A stretch of 64,000 nt of DNA from Pseudomonadota bacterium (GTDB taxonomy: Bacteria; Pseudomonadota; Alphaproteobacteria; Rhodobacterales; Rhodobacteraceae). Below the pieces are notes generated by a model. That model searched no databases. It had not been told where the DNA came from and saw nothing but the letters and a program-made list of their open reading frames with translations. The position numbers were made by a program, and so were the translations under genes. The stretch covers positions 3,850 to 67,849 of the forward strand of contig JBCBCY010000012.1 in the NCBI GenBank assembly GCA_038530285.1, written 5' to 3'. Below, in pieces: positions 1 through 9,426 of the stretch (the first letter of the stretch is position 1; the number at the start of each line of letters is the position of its first letter).

Positions 1-1
1 G

Positions 2-127
2 TGGGAAGGCACGCCCCAATCCCGCGAAGGTCAGACCCTAAAATGGGCAAGGGCACAAAATTTGCGCGACTATCCCATGCCTGAGGCCGATATTCCCCTG
101 ATTCCCGTCCTGCGCGACTGGCTGTAA
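2..127 (+). CDS. 3' end of an unidentified CDS truncated by the window edge
   Basis: Frame 2 is open from the window edge to TAA at 125-127 (...AQNLRDYPMPEADIPLIPVLRDWL*). 41 residues are too few to recognise a family. Confidence 0.3.
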   Translation, partial: WEGTPQSREGQTLKWARAQNLRDYPMPEADIPLIPVLRDWL

Positions 128-250
128 ACAACCTTTGCATGTGCAGCATTCCTTCGCTGCAGTGCAAAAATTTACAATCCGTTTACTTTTTACTGGATTA
201 TATCCAAAACGTGATTAATTTTCTGTCAAGGTTTGGATGGGGATGAGCCA

Positions 251-388
251 ATGATAAAAACGATTGCAATTGGAAGTTGTGTGTCTTTGCAGGGTCTATT
301 CCTGAGAAAGCTCACTGACGGCAGGATCGCCGTCCGGATCGGAGACCGCATCTTCGAAGGTTATCCAGTCGACCGGAAAGCCGCTTAA
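251..388 (+). CDS. Small hypothetical protein (45 aa), below the ORF-track length cutoff
   Basis: ATG at 251 is preceded by purine-rich GGATGGGGATGAG. It translates to MIKTIAIGSCVSLQGLFLRKLTDGRIAVRIGDRIFEGYPVDRKAA* and is followed by the strong hairpin at 417-442. It lies in an AT-rich islet. No family recognised. Confidence 0.35.
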   Translation: MIKTIAIGSCVSLQGLFLRKLTDGRIAVRIGDRIFEGYPVDRKAA

Positions 389-410
389 GACCTAAAATAC
401 CGCTCGTAAC

Positions 411-447
411 AAAAAACAGGGCTGCCTCACCCGGCAGCCCTGTTTTT
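411..447. terminator. Bidirectional intrinsic terminator (downstream of infB and of the small + strand ORF)
   Basis: Perfect 10-bp stem CAGGGCTGCC (417-426) / GGCAGCCCTG (433-442) with a 6-nt loop. It is flanked by A6 (411-416) and T5 (443-447). It sits 22 nt past the infB stop (469-471). Confidence 0.85.
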
Positions 448-468
448 GTGTGTCATGTTGGCGGTGGA

Positions 469-2985
469 TCAGTCGAGGGTCCGCTCAACCTCTTCGCGTT
501 CGAAAATCTCGATCACGTCATTGGGCCGGATGTCCTCGTAATTCTCAAAAGCCATCCCGCATTCCTGACCCGAAATCACCTCAGCCACTTCATCCTTGAA
601 GCGTTTCAGGGTCTTTAGCGTACCCTCATGGATCACCACATCATCGCGCAGAAGCCGCACACCGGCGGACCGGCGGGCAACGCCTTCGGTGACCAAGCAC
701 CCGGCCACTTTGCCGACACCCGATACCTTGAAGACTTCCTTGATCGCCGCATAGCCGATGAAGTTTTCGCGCACTTCGGCCGACAACAGACCCGAGGCGG
801 CCGCTTTGATGTCATCCACAAGGTCGTAGATCACGCTGTAATAGCGGATTTCGACGCTCTTCTGGTTGGCCGTGTTCCGCGCAGACGTGTTCGCACGAAC
901 GTTAAAGCCGATCACAGGCGCGCCAGAGGCTTCCGCCAGGCCCACATCGGTTTCCGTGATCGCACCCACACCTGAATGCAGCACGCGCACGCGCACCTCG
1001 TCGTTGCCGATCTTTTCCATTGCCTGGATGATCGCCTCGGCAGAACCCTGCACGTCGGCTTTGACCAAAATCGGCATCTCGGCGACGTTCTCGTCGGCCT
1101 TGGCCTTGGCCATCATCTGTTCAAGCGTCGTGGCAGCCCCGGCAGCGGCACGTTTTTCCTTGGCCGCCTTTTCGCGGTACTCGGCAATCTCACGCGCCTG
1201 GGCTTCGGTATCGACCACGTTCAGCACGTCCCCGGCTTCGGGCGTCCCATTCAGACCAAGCACTTCGACAGGAACAGACGGGCCCGCTTCTTTGACGCGC
1301 TCGCCCTTATCGTTTTCCATCGCGCGGACTTTACCCCATTGCTCACCCACGACGAAGATGTCGCCTTGGCGAAGGGTCCCGTTCTGGACCAGCACCGTGG
1401 CCACGGGCCCACGACCCACATCCAGCTGCGCTTCGATCACCGCACCAAGAGCGGCCCGCTTGGGGTTGGCTTTCAGCTCAAGAATTTCTGCTTGAAGCGC
1501 GATCGCTTCCAACAGCTGGTCCAAACCCTGGCCAGAAATCGCAGAGACTTCGACATCCTGGACTTCGCCCGACATCTTCTCAACGATCACTTCGTGCTGC
1601 AGAAGATCCGTGCGCACTTTGTCGGGTGTCGCATCGGGTTTGTCGACTTTGTTGATCGCGACAATCATCGGTACTTCGGCGGCTTTGGCGTGATTGATCG
1701 CTTCGATGGTCTGGGGCATCACCGCGTCATCGGCAGCCACGACCAGAACCACAATGTCGGTCACCTGGGCGCCGCGTGCACGCATTGACGTAAACGCCGC
1801 GTGGCCGGGAGTGTCGAGGAAACTCAGCACCGCGCCGCTGTCGGTTGTCACCTGGTACGCACCGATGTGCTGGGTGATCCCGCCCGCTTCGCCCTGGGTC
1901 ACATTCGCCTTGCGGACCGCATCCAGAAGCGAGGTTTTGCCGTGGTCGACGTGACCCATGATCGTGATCACCGGCGGGCGATCTTCAAGATCATTTGCGT
2001 CGTCTTCTACCGTATCGATCACGTCTTCAACGTCAGCGTCAGAAACACGCTGCACCGTATGGCCGAACTCTTCGATGATCAGTTCAGCAGTGTCTGCATC
2101 TATCGTCTGGTTCTGGGTCGCCATCATGCCGTTGTTCATCAACGACTTGACGACATCGGCCACCCGTTCGGACATCCGGTTTGCCAGTTCCGACACCACG
2201 ATCGCCTCAGGCAATTGCACCGTGCGTGTGACCTTTTCACGCTCCACCGTGCCGCCCATGGCTTTTTGACGGGCGCGCTCTTGCTTGCGCTTCATGGCCG
2301 CCATCGACCGTTGGCGTCCACCGCCACCCGCAAGGGCCTGGTTCAGCGTCAGCTTGCCACCACGGCGGCCCCCGTCGTCTGCACCTCTGCCCCGACCTTT
2401 GTCGCGGCGATCTTCGTTGCGATTGTCGCGCTCAGGCTTGCGCGCGGTTGAAGGCTTGGCGCCACGCGGCGCATCTGCAGGCGCGGGCGCACCAGCGGCC
2501 ACTGCCGCCGCCGCAGCGGCTGGTGCCGGGGCGGGATCTGCCGGTTTGGCGCGCGCGGCTTCTGCTTCGGCTTTGCGGCGTTCGTCTTCTTCGGCTTTCG
2601 CCTTCGCCTTCTCGGCGCGTTCGGTTTCTTCGCGTTCCTTGGCTTCGGCTTCCTCACGCCGCCGCGCCCGATCCGCCTCGCGTTCTTTTTCAGCCGCCGC
2701 GCGCTTTTCTGCTTCTTGGGCTTCATTCGCCTTGGCAGCCGCCAGCGCTTTCATGCGGCGTTCGTATTCAGCTTCGGTGATCCCGGCAGGCCGCTTGGAC
2801 GGGTCGCCCATTGGCGCGCCCTTACCGCCAGCACCCGCACCGCCGGCCGCCGGCTTTGGAACCACAACGCGCTTGCGCTTGGTTTCCACCACGACAGACT
2901 TCGTCCGGCCGTGGCTAAAGCTCTGCTTTACCTGACCAGAACGACCGCTAAGGCCCAACGTCTTTTTGCCGTCAGTATCGCTCAT
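469..2985 (-). CDS. infB: Translation initiation factor IF-2
   Basis: 838-aa ORF with G-domain motifs [13 protein letters not shown] and NKVD, and a Lys/Glu/Ala/Arg-rich N-terminal region. The ATG overlaps the upstream stop (ATGA) in the conserved nusA-infB operon. Confidence 0.97.
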   Translation of the reverse strand: MSDTDGKKTLGLSGRSGQVKQSFSHGRTKSVVVETKRKRVVVPKPAAGGAGAGGKGAPMGDPSKRPAGITEAEYERRMKALAAAKANEAQEAEKRAAAEKEREADRARRREEAEAKEREETERAEKAKAKAEEDERRKAEAEAARAKPADPAPAPAAAAAAVAAGAPAPADAPRGAKPSTARKPERDNRNEDRRDKGRGRGADDGGRRGGKLTLNQALAGGGGRQRSMAAMKRKQERARQKAMGGTVEREKVTRTVQLPEAIVVSELANRMSERVADVVKSLMNNGMMATQNQTIDADTAELIIEEFGHTVQRVSDADVEDVIDTVEDDANDLEDRPPVITIMGHVDHGKTSLLDAVRKANVTQGEAGGITQHIGAYQVTTDSGAVLSFLDTPGHAAFTSMRARGAQVTDIVVLVVAADDAVMPQTIEAINHAKAAEVPMIVAINKVDKPDATPDKVRTDLLQHEVIVEKMSGEVQDVEVSAISGQGLDQLLEAIALQAEILELKANPKRAALGAVIEAQLDVGRGPVATVLVQNGTLRQGDIFVVGEQWGKVRAMENDKGERVKEAGPSVPVEVLGLNGTPEAGDVLNVVDTEAQAREIAEYREKAAKEKRAAAGAATTLEQMMAKAKADENVAEMPILVKADVQGSAEAIIQAMEKIGNDEVRVRVLHSGVGAITETDVGLAEASGAPVIGFNVRANTSARNTANQKSVEIRYYSVIYDLVDDIKAAASGLLSAEVRENFIGYAAIKEVFKVSGVGKVAGCLVTEGVARRSAGVRLLRDDVVIHEGTLKTLKRFKDEVAEVISGQECGMAFENYEDIRPNDVIEIFEREEVERTLD

Positions 2986-3614
2986 ACTGTTGTCTTCACC
3001 TTTCCGGCGGTGGTTCCACCGTCATGATCGCGAACGCCCGAAAGCCGGATCGCGTCCTCTCTGATACGTTCAGTGAGTCCGCCCCGAGCAAGCGCGGCAT
3101 GTATCACACGTTCGCGCCCAAAGGACAAACCCAATTCTTGTGCGGTCAAAATGTCGAAAAACGACCCGCGACCGCCCGGTTTATACAATTTCGACTTGCC
3201 GCGCTCCGACCCGTCGGAGGCCTGCAAAAGGATCACGGCTTCATCCTTGGCGAGCCAGTCTTTCACTTTCTCAAACCCGGTGACCGCAATCCCGGCCTTG
3301 CGCGCCATCGAGATAAGATCGGTCACCCGCTTTACAAGAAGCCGTTCAACATCTTCCAGAAGACCATCTGGCACTGAAACCTGCTCTTTCAATCCACGCG
3401 CGAAGGCCTTCTTCTTGACCGCCTCGGCCAAGACCGACCGCTCGGCCGCCACATAGGCCCCGCGTCCGGGCAGCTTTCCGACAATATCAGGCACCAAAAC
3501 ACCGTCCGGGCCCAGCGCGAACCGGATCAGTCCGCGCTTGGGTTGCACATCCCCAGAGACGACGCACCGGCGTTCCGGCGCGTCCCACTCTTTGGTCTTG
3601 CCGCCGCGCGACAT
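2982..3614 (-). CDS. YlxR/DUF448-type RNA-binding protein fused to an L7Ae/YlxQ-like C-terminal domain
   Basis: RCVVSG...GRGAYV motif typical of YlxR, in the usual position between nusA and infB. The start was moved to the ATG at 3614 ([10 protein letters not shown]...) because the longer ORF would overlap the nusA 3' end (3637). Confidence 0.85.
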   Translation of the reverse strand: MSRGGKTKEWDAPERRCVVSGDVQPKRGLIRFALGPDGVLVPDIVGKLPGRGAYVAAERSVLAEAVKKKAFARGLKEQVSVPDGLLEDVERLLVKRVTDLISMARKAGIAVTGFEKVKDWLAKDEAVILLQASDGSERGKSKLYKPGGRGSFFDILTAQELGLSFGRERVIHAALARGGLTERIREDAIRLSGVRDHDGGTTAGKVKTTV

Positions 3615-3636
3615 CGAACGGGTCCGGGACCTGCGA

Positions 3637-5280
3637 TCAGGCCCCGGCCTCCTGGGGCTCTCCGGTTGCCTCGGTCGCCTCGCCGTCGCCTTCGTTTTCC
3701 TCGTCAGCCAGAAGTTCGGTCGGATCGACCCAGCCCAGTCCAACACGGGCCGTCATGACCATGTGCTGAGCCTCTTCAAGGCTGACATCGAAGGGTTCGA
3801 GAATGCCGTCATCCTTGACCCGTTCGCCGTCGACCGTCGTCCAGCCGCCAGCCAGTTCCCAGTCAGCACAGGTCGCGAAGTCTTCCAGCGTTTTCACGCC
3901 GTCTTCGGCCAAGGCCTGAATCATCTGCGGCGATAGCCCATCGAAGTCCATCAGGCTTTGTTCCGCCCCAAGCTCGATCGCTTTGTCCAGGGCGGCCTTG
4001 TTCAGCGCCTCAAGGTGATCGCGCGCGCGGGCCTGAAGTTCAGACGCAGTGTCTTCATCCACACCGTCAATCACCAAAAGCTCATTCGCTTCCACATAGG
4101 CGACTTCTTCAAGGTTGGTGAAGCCTTCGGACACCAGAAGCTGGGCGAAGAACTCGTCCAGATCCAGCGTGTCGACAAAGAGCTTGGTGCGCTCTTCAAA
4201 TTCAGCCTGACGACGCGCGCTTTCCTGTTCTTCCGTCATAATGTCGATATCAAGCCCGGTCAGCTGGGACGCCAGCCGCACGTTCTGGCCGCGCCGCCCG
4301 ATGGCCAGCGACAGCTGTTCATCTGGCACCACAACTTCGATCCGCTGGGCTTCTTCATCGATCACCACCTTGGCGACCTCTGCGGGTTGCAAAGCGTTCA
4401 CAAGGAAGGTCGCCTGGTCTTCGTTCCACGGAATGATGTCGATCTTTTCGCCCTGAAGCTCGTTGACGACCGCTTGCACGCGCGAGCCGCGCATCCCCAC
4501 ACAGGCCCCCACGGGATCAATCGAGTTGTCATAGGAAATCACCGCGATCTTGGCGCGACTGCCGGGGTCACGGGCAACCGCCTTGATCTCGATGATGCCA
4601 TCATAGATTTCGGGCACTTCCATCTTGAACAGTTCGGCCATGAATTCCGGTGCCGTGCGCGACAGGAAAATCTGGGGGCCGCGCGGTTCACGGCGCACAT
4701 CCTTGATGAAACACCGGATGCGGTCGTTCGGCCGGTAGCTTTCGCGGCCGATCTTTTCGTTCCGGCGCAGCACGGCTTCGCCCGCGCCCACATCGACGAC
4801 CACATTGCCGTATTCTTCGCGCTTGACCTGGCCGTTGATGATCGTGCCGGCGCGGTCCTTGAACTCTTCGAACTGGCGGTCGCGTTCGGCTTCACGGACC
4901 TTCTGCAAGATCACCTGTTTGGCCGATTGCGCCGCGATCCGGCCCATATCCACCGGCGGGACTTCTTCCACGAAGGTGTCGCCGGGTTTGGGGTCATCGA
5001 GGTATTGCTTGGCCTGTTCGGGCGTCATCTGCGCCTGGTAGTTTTCCAGCTCTTCCTCTTCAGGGTCGATCACCGTGCGCACACGGGTAAACGAAGCCCG
5101 GCCCGTTTTACGGTCAATCGACACGCGAATGTCCATCTCGGCGCCGTAGCGCGACTTCGCCGCCCGGGCGAGGCTTTCTTCCATCGCTTCGATCACCAAC
5201 GCGGGATCGATCATTTTCTCACGCGCAACGGCTTCCGCCGTCTGCAACAATTCCAGCTGGTTGGCTGAGGTAATGGCCAT
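3637..5280 (-). CDS. nusA: Transcription termination/antitermination factor NusA
   Basis: 547 aa with N-terminal, S1 and KH regions (PVGACVGMRGSRVQAVVNELQGEKIDIIPW) and an acidic C-terminal repeat region. Operon context with rimP and infB. Confidence 0.97.
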   Translation of the reverse strand: MAITSANQLELLQTAEAVAREKMIDPALVIEAMEESLARAAKSRYGAEMDIRVSIDRKTGRASFTRVRTVIDPEEEELENYQAQMTPEQAKQYLDDPKPGDTFVEEVPPVDMGRIAAQSAKQVILQKVREAERDRQFEEFKDRAGTIINGQVKREEYGNVVVDVGAGEAVLRRNEKIGRESYRPNDRIRCFIKDVRREPRGPQIFLSRTAPEFMAELFKMEVPEIYDGIIEIKAVARDPGSRAKIAVISYDNSIDPVGACVGMRGSRVQAVVNELQGEKIDIIPWNEDQATFLVNALQPAEVAKVVIDEEAQRIEVVVPDEQLSLAIGRRGQNVRLASQLTGLDIDIMTEEQESARRQAEFEERTKLFVDTLDLDEFFAQLLVSEGFTNLEEVAYVEANELLVIDGVDEDTASELQARARDHLEALNKAALDKAIELGAEQSLMDFDGLSPQMIQALAEDGVKTLEDFATCADWELAGGWTTVDGERVKDDGILEPFDVSLEEAQHMVMTARVGLGWVDPTELLADEENEGDGEATEATGEPQEAGA

Positions 5281-5283
5281 GGT

Positions 5284-5859
5284 CTAGGTCTCCTCGTCCC
5301 CGTCCATCAGGGTTTCAATTTCGTCAAACTGGGCCTCATCGACGGCCCCTGCATCTTTGCGCGCACGCAACACGTCGCGGATCAACTCATCAGTCAGCAC
5401 AAGTTTGGCGTCCGTAAGCCAGTCAAACTTCAGCCCGACCGTGCCTTCTTCGATTGCGATCAGCACTTCGTCGCCTTCGGTGCCTTCCAGCACGCCTTTG
5501 AAGCGGCGGCGGCCATCGATCATCTCATCGGTTTCCAACTTGGCGTCATAGCCTTCCCAGGCGTCAAAATCCTTGAGCCGGGTCAGCGGCCGATCAATCC
5601 CGGGGCTGGACACTTCCAGCGTATAATTGTCCTCAATCGGGTCTTCCACATCCAGGGTGGCAGACACGGCTGTCGAGATCGCGGCACAATCATCAACCTC
5701 AATCCCGCCATCGGGGCGTTCGGCCATGATTTGCAAGGTCTTTGTCTTGCCGCCCATCAGCCGCACGCGCACGATTTCAAAGCCCAGATCATCCACCACG
5801 GGGGCGATGATCTCGGCGATGCGCCGGTCGAGGCTGGCTTTGGCAATAAGGTCAGACAT
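5284..5859 (-). CDS. rimP: Ribosome maturation factor RimP
   Basis: The C-terminal 191 aa of the 434-aa track ORF ([34 protein letters not shown]...[11 protein letters not shown]) match the RimP pattern. ATG at 5859. The upstream 243 codons look like a GC-rich non-coding extension. Confidence 0.9.
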   Translation of the reverse strand: MSDLIAKASLDRRIAEIIAPVVDDLGFEIVRVRLMGGKTKTLQIMAERPDGGIEVDDCAAISTAVSATLDVEDPIEDNYTLEVSSPGIDRPLTRLKDFDAWEGYDAKLETDEMIDGRRRFKGVLEGTEGDEVLIAIEEGTVGLKFDWLTDAKLVLTDELIRDVLRARKDAGAVDEAQFDEIETLMDGDEET

Positions 5860-5870
5860 CGGGGGTCCAG

Positions 5871-5895
5871 AAACAAAAAACGGGCCAGCGGCCCG
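5871..5895 (-). terminator. Terminator-like hairpin (possible attenuator) immediately upstream of rimP
   Basis: On the minus strand the sequence reads CGGGCC-GCT-GGCCCG followed by TTTTTTGTTT, ending 11 nt before the rimP ATG. The stem is short (6 bp, all G:C). Confidence 0.45.
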
Positions 5896-6126
5896 AGCGT
5901 TGTTCCGGTGGGCTCTGGGGGTGGAGGCCAGTGCGCCGCTGTTGAGCGTGATATAGGCGAGCCCCCAGAGGTCTGCAAGGGGTTTCGCCGCGCCTTCGCG
6001 CGCCGAGACGTTGGGGGGCCAGCCCCCCAAACCCCCCGGAGTATTTTTGCCAGGATGAAGCCAAACGACTTTTACGCGACGGAAAGCAAAACCGGTGTCG
6101 TATAACAGCCCAGAACGGAGGATTGG

Positions 6127-7452
6127 ATGTTTGCACCCCAGACCATCGCTGCGATCCGGTACGGCTATGGCTTTGCCCCGGGCGAGGTGCCACCGCGCGA
6201 TGCCGCGGGCCTGATCAGCGCTTTGTCCAACCAAACCCCCGCCCCCCGCGTTCCCATGCGCGAGCGGATCGCTCTGAACCAGGCCTACCGCGATGCGGGG
6301 CGCGAAAATGACGAGACCGCGCGTCAGAAAATCCGCCGCAGAATTGGCGACATGATGAGCGATGATTTCCGCCAGATGATTGCCGACGCCGTGACCGGCC
6401 CGGGATTTGCCGAACGGCTGGTGTGGTTCTGGGCGGATCACTTTACGGTGGCGGTGAACAGCCCCGTCATGAGGCTGGCGGTCGGTGACTATATCGCCAG
6501 CGCAATCCGGCCCCATATCGGGGGGCGGTTTCAGGACATGCTGCAGGCTGTGGTCACCCATCCCGCGATGCTTGTCTATCTTGACCAAATCTCGTCCGTG
6601 GGGCCCAATTCAGTTGCAGGTCAGCGCCGCGACCGCGGTCTGAACGAAAACCTTGCCCGTGAAATCCTGGAACTGCACACGCTGGGCGTCGGCGCGCCTT
6701 ACAACCAGACAGACGTGCGCGAACTCGCAAACCTGCTCACTGGGCTGTCCGTCGGGCGCGAGGGGTTTACCTACCGCCACCGGATGAGCGAGCCGGGCGA
6801 ACGCAAGATACTTGGCAAAACCTATGGCCGCCGGACGCCCGGGCTGGATCAGATCAAAGAGGCGCTTGGCGATATCGCAATGCATCCCGCGACCGCGCGC
6901 CATCTGGCCGAAAAGCTGGTTGTGCATTTTGTGGGTGGACCGCCAGACCCTGACTGGACCCGGACGATTGCGATGGCCTATCTGGACACCGGCGGCGATC
7001 TGCGTGCGACCTATGCCGCGATGCTGGCGGATGCGCGCGCCTGGACCGGCGCGTTCGCCAAAGCCAAGACACCATTTGACTTCATCGTCTCTGCGCTGCG
7101 CGCCAGCGGGGCAACGGCAAAAGACATCGCCGATATGCCACGCCGAGATTTGCGGCAGGGCATCGTGGGTGCGCTGGGATTGATGGGCCAGCCGCCGTTT
7201 CAGCCCCAGGGCCCGGATGGTTGGCCCGAAAACCCCGAAGCCTGGATCACACCGCCAGGCCTTGCTGGCCGGATCCGCTGGGCCGCGGCCTATTCTGAAA
7301 AAGTCCTCAAAGATCGTGATCCGCGGAGCTTTCTTGAAACCGCCCTGGGCGATGTTGCCCCGCCCACCCTTCGGTTTGCTGTCGCCGGAGCAGAATCGCG
7401 TATCGAAGGCTGCGCGCTGACGCTCGCTTCGCCCGAGTTCAACAGGAGATAG
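6127..7452 (+). CDS. DUF1800 family protein
   Basis: 441 aa. The motif block FWADHFTV ... [36 protein letters not shown] is characteristic of DUF1800. GGAGG-like RBS (ACGGAGGATTGG ATG). Paired with a DUF1501 gene 3 nt downstream. Confidence 0.85.
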   Translation: MFAPQTIAAIRYGYGFAPGEVPPRDAAGLISALSNQTPAPRVPMRERIALNQAYRDAGRENDETARQKIRRRIGDMMSDDFRQMIADAVTGPGFAERLVWFWADHFTVAVNSPVMRLAVGDYIASAIRPHIGGRFQDMLQAVVTHPAMLVYLDQISSVGPNSVAGQRRDRGLNENLAREILELHTLGVGAPYNQTDVRELANLLTGLSVGREGFTYRHRMSEPGERKILGKTYGRRTPGLDQIKEALGDIAMHPATARHLAEKLVVHFVGGPPDPDWTRTIAMAYLDTGGDLRATYAAMLADARAWTGAFAKAKTPFDFIVSALRASGATAKDIADMPRRDLRQGIVGALGLMGQPPFQPQGPDGWPENPEAWITPPGLAGRIRWAAAYSEKVLKDRDPRSFLETALGDVAPPTLRFAVAGAESRIEGCALTLASPEFNRR

Positions 7453-7455
7453 CCC

Positions 7456-8619
7456 ATGACCACACGGCGCAGCTTTCTGACCCGTACTTTGGCGCTTGGG
7501 TGTTCGGCCGCCGCCAGTCCGCTGGTCACGCCCGTGACCTTTGCGGCGACACCAGGCGACAACCGGCTGGTGGTGATCATCCTGCGCGGCGCGATGGACG
7601 GGCTTGATGTGGTCCGCCCTTTGGGCGACCCCGCCCTCGCCCGCCACCGCCCAAACCAGGACGGCGCGCTGATCCTGAACGATTTCTGGGGTGTCCACCC
7701 CGCGCTTGAACCACTGGTCCCTTTGTGGGCGGCCGGTGAATTGAGTTTTGCCCATGCCGTATCGACGCCTTACCGCGACAAGCGCAGCCATTTCGACGGG
7801 CAGGATTTTCTGGAAAACGGCGGCTTTCGCGCAGATGGCACCCTGACGGACGCCCGCGATGGCTGGCTGAACCGGCTTGTAGCCGACCTGCCCGGTGCGA
7901 CAGCCGAAACCGCCTTTGCGGTGGGGTCCGAGAACCTGTTGCTGACGTCGGGTGCCGCGCCGGCCAGCACCTGGGCGCCCGAGGCAGATCTTGATCTTAG
8001 CCCGCAGGCCGAGTTGTTGCTGGAAAAAATCTATGCCGGTGACCCGCTGTTTCATGCCGCCGCGATGCAGGCAATCGCGCTGTCGGCAGACACCGAAGGC
8101 AACATGGCCGGCACCCGGCGCCGGGGGCGGGCCAAGGCGCTGGCGGATTTCGCCGCAGGACGCCTGCGCGAAGAAACTCGCCTTGCCGCCTTTTCCATTG
8201 GCGGGTGGGACACCCACGCCCGCCAAGCAAACGCCTTGCCCCGCGCGCTGAGGGAACTCACCGATGCGGTCCTTGCGTTGAAAGCAGGCCTTGGCCCCCT
8301 GTGGGGCAAAACGGCGGTGCTTTGCCTGACGGAATTTGGCCGGACTGTCCGCGAAAACGGCTCAGGCGGGACCGACCACGGCACAGGCGGTGCCGCGATC
8401 TTTGCAGGGGGCGCGCTGAAGGGTGGGCAGATCATGGGGGATTGGCCCGGGTTGGGCGATGGCGCGCTGTATCAAGACCGCGACCTGATGCCCACGCGCG
8501 ACGTGCGCGCCTATGCGGCCCATGCAATCGCTGCGCTTTTGCCCGTGGGCACATCCACCATTGAAAGCCGGGTTTTTCCGGGGCTCGAAATGGGTGCAGA
8601 CCCCGGGCTTATCCTTTGA
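7456..8619 (+). CDS. DUF1501 family protein with twin-arginine signal peptide
   Basis: 387 aa. The N-terminus MTTRRSFLTRTLALGCSAAASP looks like a Tat signal. GGWDTH and LTEFGRTVRENGSGGTDHG motifs are typical of DUF1501 (sulfatase/phosphatase-like fold). Confidence 0.88.
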   Translation: MTTRRSFLTRTLALGCSAAASPLVTPVTFAATPGDNRLVVIILRGAMDGLDVVRPLGDPALARHRPNQDGALILNDFWGVHPALEPLVPLWAAGELSFAHAVSTPYRDKRSHFDGQDFLENGGFRADGTLTDARDGWLNRLVADLPGATAETAFAVGSENLLLTSGAAPASTWAPEADLDLSPQAELLLEKIYAGDPLFHAAAMQAIALSADTEGNMAGTRRRGRAKALADFAAGRLREETRLAAFSIGGWDTHARQANALPRALRELTDAVLALKAGLGPLWGKTAVLCLTEFGRTVRENGSGGTDHGTGGAAIFAGGALKGGQIMGDWPGLGDGALYQDRDLMPTRDVRAYAAHAIAALLPVGTSTIESRVFPGLEMGADPGLIL

Positions 8620-8621
8620 CC

Positions 8622-8647
8622 AAAAAGGCGGCCCCGATGGGACCGCC
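8622..8647 (-). terminator. Intrinsic terminator downstream of the CAP-domain gene
   Basis: Minus-strand RNA GGCGGUCCC-AUC-GGGGCCGCC (9-bp stem with one G:U) followed by U5. It begins 22 nt after the stop at 8670. Confidence 0.7.
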
Positions 8648-8669
8648 ACATCGTCTTGTGGATTGGCGT

Positions 8670-9302
8670 TTAGCCGATGAAGTTCTGGGTCACCCAGTAG
8701 CGCCCGCAATATTGCGCGTTGGGATCGAACGCGACTGCAACAGCGGTCTTCGACACGCGGCCATCCAGAATGTTCTTACGGTGGCCGGGGCTATCCATCC
8801 AAAGCTGCACGATATGACGCGCAAGCGAGGCATAGGAGTGCGCCGGCAGGGCCTGACCGTCATAGGTTGAAAACTGGCAGGCCGAAGAATTGAGGATTTT
8901 GAAACGGCGATTGTCGATCCGGTAGCGGTGCACCATGCCGATATTCTCGGACCCCGTCCGGAACCGCACGCCGGTGGACTTGATCCGCTGTGACAGTGAC
9001 GCTTGACCGGGCACAGTGCTCTTGTGCGACAGGATCTGACGCGTCGCCATCCAGTTGGAATGCCCACGCGCGACTTTGGCAACACCGTTTCCGGCATCTC
9101 CAACAGGGCGCAGACCTGCGCGGCAACGGTGATAGTTCACCTCGGCCCGGACCGCATTGTCGAACAGGTTTTGATTGATCCGACTGGTAGGAACAACAAT
9201 TTGCGACGCCTTCGCGGACACGTTCCGCGAACAGGCATCGGCGACAGTAGCACTCAGCAGCAAGGCAGCGCCGCAAGCAACAGCAAACAGTTTCACTCTC
9301 AT
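8670..9302 (-). CDS. Secreted CAP/SCP/PR1-like domain protein
   Basis: The C-terminal WMDSPGHRKNIL...YWVTQNF block is typical of bacterial CAP domains. The start was set at the ATG at 9302, giving a signal-peptide-like MRVKLFAVACGAALLLSATVADA. Confidence 0.8.
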   Translation of the reverse strand: MRVKLFAVACGAALLLSATVADACSRNVSAKASQIVVPTSRINQNLFDNAVRAEVNYHRCRAGLRPVGDAGNGVAKVARGHSNWMATRQILSHKSTVPGQASLSQRIKSTGVRFRTGSENIGMVHRYRIDNRRFKILNSSACQFSTYDGQALPAHSYASLARHIVQLWMDSPGHRKNILDGRVSKTAVAVAFDPNAQYCGRYWVTQNFIG

Positions 9303-9426
9303 CCCCAGGTCCCTAAACACGCGATCCCCCACTGGACCGTTGCGCGCGTTCATGGCCAAACCTAGGCGACTGACCGACGAGGTTAAGTCAATAACCCCGC
9401 CTCAGCGACAATCCGCCAGAAGCGAT

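Noticed and set aside
2285-2935. A repetitive-looking DNA stretch and overlapping ORFs in both strands within the infB 5' region
   Set aside because: It corresponds to the Lys/Glu/Ala/Arg-rich low-complexity N-terminal domain of IF-2. It is not a CRISPR, tandem DNA repeat or separate gene.
3958-5268. 436-aa ORF on the + strand antisense to nusA
   Set aside because: It fully overlaps the unmistakable nusA gene. The translation is low-complexity (Arg/His/Leu/Phe-rich) with no recognisable motifs. This is a mirror-frame artefact of high GC3 coding DNA.
5860-6126. A possible tRNA (metY-like) upstream of rimP
   Set aside because: No T-arm (GGTTCGAATCC-like) or cloverleaf-compatible segment was found on either strand. 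The structures present are simple G/C hairpins.
5860-6588. The N-terminal 243 codons of the 434-aa ORF (5284..6588, minus strand) that contains rimP
   Set aside because: Only the last 191 aa resemble RimP. The extension is Gly/Arg/Pro/Ala-rich, typical of spurious open frames in high-GC DNA. It also runs antisense through the recognisable DUF1800 gene and across the hairpin-rich leader.
6610-8226. 538-aa ORF on the minus strand across the DUF1800/DUF1501 genes
   Set aside because: It is antisense to two genes with clear family motifs and a Tat signal. Its composition is Arg/Gly/Pro/Ala-rich and motif-free.
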